Below the pieces are notes generated by a model. It made no database searches. It was not told where the DNA came from and was given only the letters and a program-made list of their open reading frames with translations. The position numbers and the translations under genes were made by a program. From Euryarchaeota archaeon UBA501 (GTDB lineage: Archaea; Thermoplasmatota; Poseidoniia; Poseidoniales; Thalassarchaeaceae): 38,664 bases of DNA. This document shows positions 27,603 to 37,036 of the stretch, one piece after another (position 1 is the first letter of the stretch; every line of letters begins with the position of its first letter). The stretch is taken from positions 1 through 38,664 of the forward strand of contig DAVT01000069.1 of assembly GCA_002505685.1 (NCBI GenBank), in the 5' to 3' direction.

Positions 27603-30600
27603 CTATTCCCAGCCCTCATCTTCTTCATCTTCGTACCACTCTTCTTCATCCTCTTCCTCATATTCTAACTCTTCATCATACAAGCTTGATGAACCCGAGA
27701 GAGAGGTTTTCCATGTGATAGTAGCAATGACTGGAAGTAGAATCAAGGCGAACATCACTCCGATAACAGTCAGAGGATTCTGACGCCATGAATCCACCCA
27801 TCCAAGTCCCCAAGAGTACTCAACAGCAATTCCGGCGGACATTGAATTTCCTTCTTCATCAACCTCAACCACTTCATTTTCAGCATCAACGATTACGGTT
27901 ACACGATCAATTCCTTCTTCCGCAGTCCAAGTAGTTGTGATTCGGTGCTCACCATCTCCAGGTAAGCCGATAACTCTGGTCGTGTGAATTAGACCATTCT
28001 CGGTGACAAAGTGAACTGCAAATGAGGATTCCGTGACCCCCCCTACATTTGCAATAATCGCCACGATTTCAATTTCAGCGCCTTCCCCTACAGTATCTTG
28101 ACTGAGTGTAACACTCTTGACGATTAGTTCTGCAACGGTGGCGCCAAGTCGTACCCATGCCAGATCTTGATCACCGTCTAAGTCCTCACGTTCTCGAACA
28201 GGATCACTTTCTGTATTTGCAGTCATGGGGAATTCATTTCCAGCAGCATCGTGACCAGTAACCCAAAATCCTACGCGATATCCACTTCGTGGTGTAACCA
28301 ACCCTTCGCTGGTCAAATCAACTTCACCAATCCATTCTAGCAGAGTACCATTCAATTGCATGGCTAGAGGTGATTGGCCTGCAGCAATAGTTCGTGTATC
28401 ATCACGCATTACCCAATTGACCCATTGCGGAGACTGTCCAAATCCTGCACATCGGTCGTCCCCATCCCGCAATACACATTCCTCCCAGCCAGAAAATCGT
28501 ACAGGAACTGAGGTCAAATCGGAGGCAGTAGAGATGTCTATGACGTCTACTGGAGAGAGTCGGTGATGGACGCGTGGAGGTGTGTGGTCAACTTGCAATT
28601 GCAGTGTAGTTGCAACCGTGTCACGCGTCATATCCTCGCCGCGCCCCGGAACATTCCTGACACCGGTCAGGAAGGTTCGGGATTCCGCACTTTGCAGTGT
28701 AGAGGCTGCAGTGAGTGGGACTTCAATACTGAAACCTCCATCATCTGAAAGACTACCATCTGACCAATATTGAACTCCATCAAAGACTTCCACTGTAATT
28801 CCCAGGTCGTTTGGAGCAGGCGTGTTACTACCTTCATAGACAACGCGTCCCGACCAACGTAATCGATCGTCAGGCCGAACCGGTGTCGCATCATCTAGTG
28901 GACCGGTTCGGGGTTCTGCTACATCCTCTACTACGTAGGTAGATGCATCTAGAACCAAATCGTTCTCCACGCTGAATGTATGGTCAATGAATTCAATTCT
29001 AGTTGGTTCTAAAGAACCCAACTCTTTGTATTCCAATGCCAAATCTGAAACATCTTCATCCGGCCAATCCCAAGAGAATTGGAAGTCGAAATTTGTGTGT
29101 ATCCATGGCAATCCAGTATCATTCGTCGTTACAACAGCCGAACTTCCGGGTAGCAGTGTGATAAATTCACTCTCTGAACTCCAAACATCGGTTCTTCCAT
29201 TGTATGATATTCTTTGCTGGTCACGTTCGGGATCAGGTCCTTCAAAATCAAAGATGAGTGAGATGTATTCAAAATCAATTATACCGTTTGCATCAACCAA
29301 ACCAACTGAGATTGATTGGTCAGTACCACTATACACATCATCTCCATCTTCGTGATTTTCCCAATTCAATCCGGTGAATACAGAAGACATGTCCTTTCGT
29401 GTTAGATAGGTGGTCAAGTCATATGCAAAACCGGGACCATCATTGCCTACAATCAAGTTTCCAGCAGGGTCGTGTCCGGAAACATAGTACGAAACCCTAG
29501 CCATGTTTGGGTTACGAGAATCATCGATCATACCGAAGAAAATCTTCTCGACATCGTCGGTGTAATTTGTCATGATTTGTGCGACGTATTCTTCTTCATC
29601 GGGTTCTCCATTTCGATTTTGATCATGATCAGCTTCAACCCAATAATTGAGAGTCAAGGATTCAGGATGGCCCACATCATCTGAAATTGTAATTGCGATT
29701 TGTTGCGCTGACGAACTCGCTTCATAGTCACCTTCAGCAGGCCATGCATCAATAATTTCAGGAGGAGAGCCATCAATCCTCAATGTACGCATCCATGATT
29801 CATTGGTTGGCATCACCTTGCTAGCATCCCGTACATTGTATGCCTGCACTTCGTATGTGACACCTTCAGGGATATCCATATCGGGCACTGCAATTGAGAT
29901 GAAGAATGTTCCATTCGGATTTGAGTTATCCTTCCATGAAGATGCGGTGAAATCACCTTGAGCATCCTTTCGCGCGACACGTACATCGAAAACCGAGTTG
30001 AGGGGTGCATCTTGAGAACCATCAAACCACATTTGTCCTTGGAAGTGAACGGTTTCTCCGGCGACAACCCAATCGTTATTCTGCACATCATCATTCACGA
30101 CTTCCCCTTCCACGTCGTGGATGGTGAACCATCCCAAGCCATACGATTGATTCACTCGAATTCCATTTCCATTACCGAATGAAGACAAGAATGCAGGAGT
30201 GGTCCCTGTATCATCTGTACAGCTCACGCGCCACCCCACATTTTCTTGTTCGGGGAAATCGTCGGTAACCCTGAACATCCAATGAATCTCAAAAATTCCA
30301 TTGGAAATGTTGGTCCATGTGCGACTTTGGTCTGGAATAATCCAATCTTCAGGATCATCATCAACCAGTGTCCCATCACTTGCCCAAGTGAGTTTGGGTG
30401 CATATGAACTCGGCGAGGCGATAAACATCAATTCAGCGTTGGTTATTGTGGCTGCGTTGTCTCCGATGACATGTCTTGTCACCACCTCATACGATTGAGA
30501 GCGTTCATGTAAAACCATATTTTCATCAAAATTGATGTCCAAATTGACTGTAGCCATGGTATATTCAATCGTCATCGATGTAATCTTGACCTTACCTGCA

Positions 30601-32738
30601 GATGCAGATCCCACTTTGACCCCAATCACTTCTGTCCCACTATTTGTGCCTGGGACGATACAATTGAATGCATCACGGAGGTCGTAATTTGGGGCAGAAT
30701 CTCGGGCAATAGTTGTTCCGATTAAGACTCCATCATATTCCCATTCATATCCACCCACAGTGCATGATGTTGGGGTGCTTGGGTCAGCATCAAAGATATC
30801 GATTTTCACATCTCTAGGTGCATTGGTATAGGTGGCTAGGTTGATATCAAACAGGGTCGGAGTATACTGATTACCACTCCCAGCATCCAAATCGACACAG
30901 AAGGCCATTGATGTAGAAGATGGAGTAAATGATACGGTCGCACCCGAGGAGGGGACGTTGACGCGAGTTCCACCCGTACAACCTGTTGAACCTATTCGGA
31001 AATATACATCCACACTACTGCCTCCGGGCGTAGATGCATTCCACCAAACAGACGCTGCAACGGGTGCAACACCTTGTGATGATGATCGATACCATCTAAG
31101 CTGGCCCGTTGAAACATATGTGCTAACATAACTCAACCCTACCGTGTCCAGAATAGGGGCCTCTGTTGAGGTACCATTCAACCATGCACGCCAAGCCAAT
31201 TGATTTCCAGCATTAGCAAAGGTGATTGTTTGGCCGACACTATTGACCCGTTTCCATGTGGTCCCACCATCATTCGTGACCTCAAAATCAACAGAAGTCC
31301 CGGTGGGCTCCCAAGTGAGGGCTAAACTCAGAGTGAGTTCGGTAATTGTACTTGCAAGAGTTGTTGTGCTAGATGTAATCGTAGCACCTGTTGAAGATGG
31401 TGTACCCATCCAACCTGTTGCACCTACTCCCCGCATCTTGATTTTTCTAAGGGTGGTTGAACTCGGACAGTAAGAATTGATTGTGCCATACAAGCAGGTT
31501 GTCGCCAATTCACCATCGATATTCTCAAGGCCCATGGTTGCGTATGAACTTGGATATTCGCCCTGCAATTCAGGCCAATTTGACCTTTGATGATAGACGT
31601 TCATCCACGATACTCGATTGCTATCGCAGTAGTATGTGTATGCATAGTAGTAACAGTGAACATTGACTGAGATTCTCGGCATGTTCACATCCAGTCCAGC
31701 AGGCCTTACGTAAGAATTCATATTCGAGAAACCACCAGATGGAGAAATAGTCCCCAACCCCCAATAATTTACAGCAGTGGTGGGTTGATTGCGGTTTACC
31801 TGCCATAGATCCATATCATACGAACTGGTTCCTCGAACCCGCTTGACGATGTACATCTCATTGGTTGACGGGTCGATCGAAACCCCTCCAACTTCAGTCA
31901 TAGTCCATGACCTCTCACACCTGTATACGCCAGAATTGACGGACCACTTCGTAATTGCACCATATGATGTGGTAGTCCAAAATGAGGTCATCCATACCGT
32001 GCCATCTCCATCGCTGGTCGCATCGGTAACGTAGTAGACATTGTTGGATGTACAATTGTTGTATTGAATGGTCGCAGTTCCAGCAGAAACTCCAGTGGTT
32101 GCATTGAATCTTTGAATAGAACTCAGTTGTTGCCCCCCATACTGATTGACACCCACATACCGAATGACATGTATTTCGTCGCCTTGCTTGACAACTGGAC
32201 CCATGTAATTCCATGTGCCTCCAGAAACACTCTTTGTTCTCGTATCACTCATGCCAAGGTATCCAGATTCAGCACTTGAGTAGTGCTGACCAGTCGTGTT
32301 CATACTGCCCCCTGAGGATGAAGCAGCGTCATTCGCGTTATTCATGTCCCAGTACGTCGTTGTTTCAGTAGGACGCAATTCCACTTCGCCATTTCCAACT
32401 TTCACATTTTGTTTGTAGAAATAATACCAACCATACTGATTGAGGTATTGACCTTGCTGACTTGAACCGGTTGTACCCGCACCACCGAAATCAGAGTTTG
32501 TGGTTCGATTCATCCAAGTTGATGTAGATGCAGATCCTTCAATCTCAAATTCGACATTTTGCACATCCGCTCCGTAGGGGAGGGTCACACCCGGTGTAGG
32601 GGAGTCACCTGCTTGACTAAACACATGAGTGTAAGTGGAAGTACCATCGGTAAATTGAGTTTCAGTCACTGCAGATGCAAGTGGTAGGGTGTAGGAAAAC
32701 AAGAGTACAGAGAGAAGGAATATGGCAATTTTTCGCAT
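27603..32738 (-). CDS. Very large (~1710 aa) secreted, C-terminally membrane-anchored surface protein with CARDB/Ig-like domain
   Basis: Signal peptide MRKIAIFLLSVLLFSYTLPLASA, Ser/Thr/Gly-rich N-half, acidic beta-rich C-half, CARDB-like IVDAENEVVEVDEEGN, one TM helix and an acidic tail. Confidence 0.85.
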   Translation of the reverse strand: MRKIAIFLLSVLLFSYTLPLASAVTETQFTDGTSTYTHVFSQAGDSPTPGVTLPYGADVQNVEFEIEGSASTSTWMNRTTNSDFGGAGTTGSSQQGQYLNQYGWYYFYKQNVKVGNGEVELRPTETTTYWDMNNANDAASSSGGSMNTTGQHYSSAESGYLGMSDTRTKSVSGGTWNYMGPVVKQGDEIHVIRYVGVNQYGGQQLSSIQRFNATTGVSAGTATIQYNNCTSNNVYYVTDATSDGDGTVWMTSFWTTTSYGAITKWSVNSGVYRCERSWTMTEVGGVSIDPSTNEMYIVKRVRGTSSYDMDLWQVNRNQPTTAVNYWGLGTISPSGGFSNMNSYVRPAGLDVNMPRISVNVHCYYYAYTYYCDSNRVSWMNVYHQRSNWPELQGEYPSSYATMGLENIDGELATTCLYGTINSYCPSSTTLRKIKMRGVGATGWMGTPSSTGATITSSTTTLASTITELTLSLALTWEPTGTSVDFEVTNDGGTTWKRVNSVGQTITFANAGNQLAWRAWLNGTSTEAPILDTVGLSYVSTYVSTGQLRWYRSSSQGVAPVAASVWWNASTPGGSSVDVYFRIGSTGCTGGTRVNVPSSGATVSFTPSSTSMAFCVDLDAGSGNQYTPTLFDINLATYTNAPRDVKIDIFDADPSTPTSCTVGGYEWEYDGVLIGTTIARDSAPNYDLRDAFNCIVPGTNSGTEVIGVKVGSASAGKVKITSMTIEYTMATVNLDINFDENMVLHERSQSYEVVTRHVIGDNAATITNAELMFIASPSSYAPKLTWASDGTLVDDDPEDWIIPDQSRTWTNISNGIFEIHWMFRVTDDFPEQENVGWRVSCTDDTGTTPAFLSSFGNGNGIRVNQSYGLGWFTIHDVEGEVVNDDVQNNDWVVAGETVHFQGQMWFDGSQDAPLNSVFDVRVARKDAQGDFTASSWKDNSNPNGTFFISIAVPDMDIPEGVTYEVQAYNVRDASKVMPTNESWMRTLRIDGSPPEIIDAWPAEGDYEASSSAQQIAITISDDVGHPESLTLNYWVEADHDQNRNGEPDEEEYVAQIMTNYTDDVEKIFFGMIDDSRNPNMARVSYYVSGHDPAGNLIVGNDGPGFAYDLTTYLTRKDMSSVFTGLNWENHEDGDDVYSGTDQSISVGLVDANGIIDFEYISLIFDFEGPDPERDQQRISYNGRTDVWSSESEFITLLPGSSAVVTTNDTGLPWIHTNFDFQFSWDWPDEDVSDLALEYKELGSLEPTRIEFIDHTFSVENDLVLDASTYVVEDVAEPRTGPLDDATPVRPDDRLRWSGRVVYEGSNTPAPNDLGITVEVFDGVQYWSDGSLSDDGGFSIEVPLTAASTLQSAESRTFLTGVRNVPGRGEDMTRDTVATTLQLQVDHTPPRVHHRLSPVDVIDISTASDLTSVPVRFSGWEECVLRDGDDRCAGFGQSPQWVNWVMRDDTRTIAAGQSPLAMQLNGTLLEWIGEVDLTSEGLVTPRSGYRVGFWVTGHDAAGNEFPMTANTESDPVREREDLDGDQDLAWVRLGATVAELIVKSVTLSQDTVGEGAEIEIVAIIANVGGVTESSFAVHFVTENGLIHTTRVIGLPGDGEHRITTTWTAEEGIDRVTVIVDAENEVVEVDEEGNSMSAGIAVEYSWGLGWVDSWRQNPLTVIGVMFALILLPVIATITWKTSLSGSSSLYDEELEYEEEDEEEWYEDEEDEGWE

Positions 32739-32803
32739 GTATACTCGTCCTCGCCGACTGTCGGCTACGCCGACAACCCGTGCCATTTGATTTCAAACTA
32801 TTC

Positions 32804-32821
32804 CGGACCCGTTAGGGTCCG
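32804..32821. repeat. Intergenic inverted repeat, 4-nt loop variant
   Basis: CGGACCC-GTTA-GGGTCCG between the divergent surface protein and membrane protein genes. Confidence 0.8.
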
Positions 32822-32898
32822 TTTGAGGCGAACACTCAACAGTGCCAAGAGTTTCGCGAGGAGCAGCCAGAAGTCATTCTAGCCGGGAAGTGATGTAA

Positions 32899-33693
32899 AT
32901 GAGCAAGTTGTTGACGCCGTTCAAAAGTTGGTGGGAAGGACAAAGAGAACGCCATTTGTTCATCCTAGGGACCCTATCTTTCATCTCATTTTCAATGGTG
33001 ATGTGGTCAATTGTATTCTTCTTCTTCATGGATGGCGCTCAGGTCTCAGATCTTGAGCATCTTCGAACCGGTACTTGGATCGGCTTCTTCGTGGGTGTTA
33101 CCGCTCTGATTTTCGTTGGTCCTGAATTCATTCATTACCAAGGACAGTGGAGTTACTTGATGCAGACGCTGAATACGACTTCACGTGCTGAACTTGGGCG
33201 TGAACGCAAAGAAGCTGAAGAAGCCGCCAAGACCCTTGGGAAAGTTTGGAGTGCGCGCTTGAAAGCACATTACATCGAACATGGTTTGCTGCGTGGCCGT
33301 TCAGTTCCATCCGAAGCTGAAAATTCTGTTCCAGAAGATGTGCTGATTAATTGGTGGGCCACAGACGATTCACGTCTCTCCCGTCTAGTAAACTTGGAAC
33401 TGTTGCGAGAACATTGGTTCAATCGCTCGTTGGCCTTTATTGGTGTAAGCGGGTTTTTGTTGCAATTGTACAACATGTTTTGGGGGATTGCAACTTCAGA
33501 AAATGGGACACGAGAAAACACCCTACACATTTGGGAATATCTCAATGGTTTGTCCCCCGGCTCCTATGCAGCACCGCACTTTGACGATATTTCGGGTTGG
33601 GTGTTATTGCTCCTTACTGCGATGATGATGTGGATGTCATTCCCAGCATCTGGGGAACGACCAGAGTCAACTGTTGCAGAAGAAGAGGAGTGA
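32899..33693 (+). CDS. Membrane protein, possibly DUF3198-like
   Basis: Four hydrophobic segments. The helical segment LNTTSRAEL..EAEEAAKTLG resembles DUF3198 as I recall it. Its last codons form the SD of the signal peptidase gene. Confidence 0.65.
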   Translation: MSKLLTPFKSWWEGQRERHLFILGTLSFISFSMVMWSIVFFFFMDGAQVSDLEHLRTGTWIGFFVGVTALIFVGPEFIHYQGQWSYLMQTLNTTSRAELGRERKEAEEAAKTLGKVWSARLKAHYIEHGLLRGRSVPSEAENSVPEDVLINWWATDDSRLSRLVNLELLREHWFNRSLAFIGVSGFLLQLYNMFWGIATSENGTRENTLHIWEYLNGLSPGSYAAPHFDDISGWVLLLLTAMMMWMSFPASGERPESTVAEEEE

Positions 33694-33698
33694 ACGCC

Positions 33699-34580
33699 AT
33701 GGGCGAGGCATGGTCCTGGATACGGGAGGCCCTGCTCGCCGGTGGGTTGATTGCAGTACTGATTTCAGTTCTCGTTTTGATGACCGGTTCTTGGCCTCCA
33801 ATGGTGGTTATTGAATCCAATTCCATGCAGCACGATGCAAACGGCGAAGTCGGCTCCATTGATGCTGGGGATCTCGTATTGGTGATGGCCGATGAACGAA
33901 AAGACATCATCACATTTGTAGAAGCGACTGAAATTGGAGGGGAATACGACGGCTACGAAAGTCATGGAATGCCAGGTGACGTCATCATCTATCAGAAAAA
34001 TGGAGGTTCTGATACACCGGTTATTCACCGAGCACTTCTCGAAGTCGTGGAAAATCCTTCGGGAGGCTGGGATGTGCCGGGAACAACACTTCAAAATGTA
34101 ACCAGCATCACTTGGACATTTGAGATTCTTTGTCCATATCATGGTGGAGATTACAATCTAAAAATCGAAGATTGGGATCCCGTTCATGCTGGATACCTCA
34201 CCAAGGGCGACAACAATGATTGCATGATTGACCAACCGGCAGCGAATACTCAAAGTCAGGGGCCAGGCCTTTCAGATGAGAATGGAAACCCAGTCCAGAC
34301 TACCAAAGGAGAATGGGTGATTGGAGTTGCTGGAGCAGAAATTCCATGGGTCGGTTCAATCAAACTGGGCCTCTCTGATAACAGTCAATCCGTTCCCGAT
34401 GCTTCATGGTCGAAATTGATTCTTACAGCAATCGTTCTACTGGCAATTCCAGCCATTTGGGAACGGGTTGCAGATCGTGTGATGCAAACAGCGCCAGAGG
34501 TTGCACAAGACCAACTGGAACGGGAATCCTCAGATTTGTTGCGCGATGATGATCAACAACAATCCCATGAAGAGGAATAG
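33699..34580 (+). CDS. Signal peptidase I (S26, archaeal SipW/Sec11 type)
   Basis: VVIESNSM (catalytic Ser), GDLV, PVIHR (His) and TKGDNN motifs. SD GAGGAGTGA precedes ATG 33699. Confidence 0.9.
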   Translation: MGEAWSWIREALLAGGLIAVLISVLVLMTGSWPPMVVIESNSMQHDANGEVGSIDAGDLVLVMADERKDIITFVEATEIGGEYDGYESHGMPGDVIIYQKNGGSDTPVIHRALLEVVENPSGGWDVPGTTLQNVTSITWTFEILCPYHGGDYNLKIEDWDPVHAGYLTKGDNNDCMIDQPAANTQSQGPGLSDENGNPVQTTKGEWVIGVAGAEIPWVGSIKLGLSDNSQSVPDASWSKLILTAIVLLAIPAIWERVADRVMQTAPEVAQDQLERESSDLLRDDDQQQSHEEE

Positions 34581-36059
34581 GCTACTAAATGACGAAATTT
34601 TCGTAACCGTCATTTCTGTTTTCAAACTGTGAGGGTTTCCCGAAAAACGGTTGAAAAAACCTACAATCACACCCAAGAAATCCTTCATCAAATGCCCTCC
34701 ATCAAATGGGATAATTGGGATGAGGTTGGCCAAACCTAAGCCAACGTTCCACCAAATGAACCAAAACAAGAGTGTAATGATGGCCATTAGAATCGTTGTA
34801 CCTAGAATGTCCCCCAACCATCCATCTGCTTCGATGTATTCCATTTCTTGGGGCATCATGATTTGACCCTCAAAAGTCAGGGGCGCATCAATCAGTACAA
34901 TCGGCTGAATAACCACACCCAATGCATCGACGTACAACGGACGGTCCTGTTCCCAAGCCATGGGCCCCACCAGTCTGTCCATTCCGCTTGAACCACTAGC
35001 CATCCCTGAAACTCCAAGGAATGCATCCTCTTTGTCAATCCCCAAAGCTACTATTTGGTCATCGGTTAGATTTTGCGATTTCATATAATCCCACTTGCTG
35101 GTCAGCGTCACCACAATCACACGTTCTGTGCGTATACCGTCACCATCAGGGTGGCTAAGCACAGTCAAATTGACAGATTCTCCAACACCCTGGGTGCTCA
35201 ACTGCTCGGTCATGTCTGCTGCTGAAGGAACTGGTACATCCTCAAAGTGTGTGATTATTTCCCAAGGCTCCAAACCAGACTCGGCGGCTGCAGAGTCTTC
35301 GATAATTCCACTTGCATGAACACCGGGATTGACAACTGAGAATTGGGTTGCCAAGATGCAAATTAATAACCACGACAAAAATCCAGCATACATGTTGGTC
35401 GCCGGGGCAGCCGCAAACAACCTTGCTCTTTCACGTCGAGGTGCTTTGGTTAATTCTTCAAATTCGGGTTCTACAAATGCACCAGCAGGAAATGGCCCCA
35501 GCATCAGTAGGCCCACTGAACGAACTCGCATTCCGTGCGCTCGCGCCTGTAAAGCATGGGCGAATTCATGGATAATCAAAGCGCCAGCAAAGGCGATTGC
35601 TGGCCACCAGAATGGAATGACAGGACTGACGCCGGGAAATGGAATGAGTTGACTAGCCGGTGCCTCGCTCTTTGGGACACCATAGATTAGTGCAGAACCG
35701 AAAGAAAGTATCAGAAATAAAACGATGAAAACCATGACCAATGAACAGGTCCAAAGGGAAAATTCACCATAAATTCTCCAAAATTTTCGAGGTTTGGCAA
35801 TTTTCTCGATGGTATCTTGACCTCGATTGCTACGCAGCATCAACAGGCCACCAAGTACCCTTGTTGCATTCCATTTGTCGAGTATGCCCCTTCGTTCTAA
35901 TTGACTCAGAATCAGCACCCACAGCCCTATTGCACCAAATGCCCAATGGAACTGTGCAGCAAGAAACGCGCTGATAAAAATCAGGATCAGGGCACGCCTA
36001 TCGCGTGCTGCTCGGGTACCGCTCACACCCTTCCCTCTTCTCGCTTCTTCTTGAACCAT
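34530..36059 (-). CDS. Site-2 protease (M50 zinc metalloprotease) with PDZ domain
   Basis: HEFAH, GAFVEP, AAPATN, a PDZ-like segment (SAAAESGL..WEII) and NLIPIIPFDGG. Start placed at MVQEEARR (ATG 36059). Confidence 0.9.
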   Translation of the reverse strand: MVQEEARRGKGVSGTRAARDRRALILIFISAFLAAQFHWAFGAIGLWVLILSQLERRGILDKWNATRVLGGLLMLRSNRGQDTIEKIAKPRKFWRIYGEFSLWTCSLVMVFIVLFLILSFGSALIYGVPKSEAPASQLIPFPGVSPVIPFWWPAIAFAGALIIHEFAHALQARAHGMRVRSVGLLMLGPFPAGAFVEPEFEELTKAPRRERARLFAAAPATNMYAGFLSWLLICILATQFSVVNPGVHASGIIEDSAAAESGLEPWEIITHFEDVPVPSAADMTEQLSTQGVGESVNLTVLSHPDGDGIRTERVIVVTLTSKWDYMKSQNLTDDQIVALGIDKEDAFLGVSGMASGSSGMDRLVGPMAWEQDRPLYVDALGVVIQPIVLIDAPLTFEGQIMMPQEMEYIEADGWLGDILGTTILMAIITLLFWFIWWNVGLGLANLIPIIPFDGGHLMKDFLGVIVGFFNRFSGNPHSLKTEMTVTKISSFSSLFLFMGLLLIIIAQQI

Positions 36060-36098
36060 CGGGCGAGACCTCAAGTCTGAAGCCTCCCTCGCAAGGTT

Positions 36099-36278
36099 AT
36101 GGTCGACGCAGTGGACGCACGACGAACCCAGCGCCGAGTCAATACTTTGCTTCGCGATCGGGATGCAATTCGCCGAATGCTGGAACAGGCTGCTTATGAG
36201 AGATTGAGCCGTGATGTGGGCCGCCAAAGAGTGGCCATCGACAAACTAGAGGCATTGATGTCTGGTGAAGATGTTTAG
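36099..36278 (+). CDS. Small hypothetical helical protein (59 aa), not in the ORF track
   Basis: Manual translation gives MVDAVDARRTQRRVNTLLRDRDAIRRMLEQAAYERLSRDVGRQRVAIDKLEALMSGEDV*. It fills the gap between S2P and hjc, and its stop overlaps the hjc stop. Confidence 0.65.
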   Translation: MVDAVDARRTQRRVNTLLRDRDAIRRMLEQAAYERLSRDVGRQRVAIDKLEALMSGEDV

Positions 36279-36907
36279 GCCTGAAATCGCTCCATCCATG
36301 CTGGCAACGGCTTTGGTTCAATTTCAATCGTTGCCTCAGATTCGGTTTCAATTGACAAAGCATCTTCTACCAATCTCGACAACCCGGCCGAGTCTGAATT
36401 TCTACACACTACCCCTAGAAATTGGTGCAAAGGCAAACCTTGGTCCCAGTCTAGATGTGGTTTTCCTGTACGTGTAAGTGGAAGTTTAGGGATTCGTTTT
36501 GCCAAAGTGGCCAAACGCCCGGTAAGCGTTGAGGTTTCGACCCGGAAGATTCGCCATGAATCGCCTCGGACGCCTTTGAGGCGATGAGCATAGAGCGGCA
36601 TCAATCCACATTTCTCTCCGATTTCTTGCATCGCTTGCAACTGCTCTTCTTTCTGTCCCGAGAAGTACACTTTCTTATCAGCTCGAGTTTTTACTTCAAT
36701 AGGGAAACAGAGATCTCCCCTAAGGGCCAACAAATCTCCGCTCCCATCCATGCCCGAACCTGCAGCTCTCACTACCAAAAAGGGGCGCTGAACAACTTGC
36801 ATCGCACGTGCTCGTTCTAACTCTGTGCAAGAGCGAGTAACGGCTCGAACCCCATCAGGAGAACCGGCCAAAACGGCTCGTAATTCACGCTCGTAAGACG
36901 AGGCCAT
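36275..36907 (-). CDS. hjc: Archaeal Holliday junction resolvase Hjc-like
   Basis: SYERELR, VVRAAGSG, DLLA and IEVK (E..D..EVK catalytic set). Start at MASSYER. Confidence 0.85.
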   Translation of the reverse strand: MASSYERELRAVLAGSPDGVRAVTRSCTELERARAMQVVQRPFLVVRAAGSGMDGSGDLLALRGDLCFPIEVKTRADKKVYFSGQKEEQLQAMQEIGEKCGLMPLYAHRLKGVRGDSWRIFRVETSTLTGRLATLAKRIPKLPLTRTGKPHLDWDQGLPLHQFLGVVCRNSDSAGLSRLVEDALSIETESEATIEIEPKPLPAWMERFQA

Positions 36908-37036
36908 CAGGCAATCCGGAACATCCGCGGTTATTACGGTGTTCGCTGAAACCCCGCGAATCCGCATTGTTTGTTTTCAAAATAGTTGAATTCGGTCCCG
37001 CGAGATGCGAAGGTTTGACTATCTACAGAGGTACCC

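Noticed and set aside
36060..36227. 56-aa N-terminal extension of the site-2 protease
   Set aside because: Not protein-like, and the opposite strand holds a more convincing 59-aa ORF.
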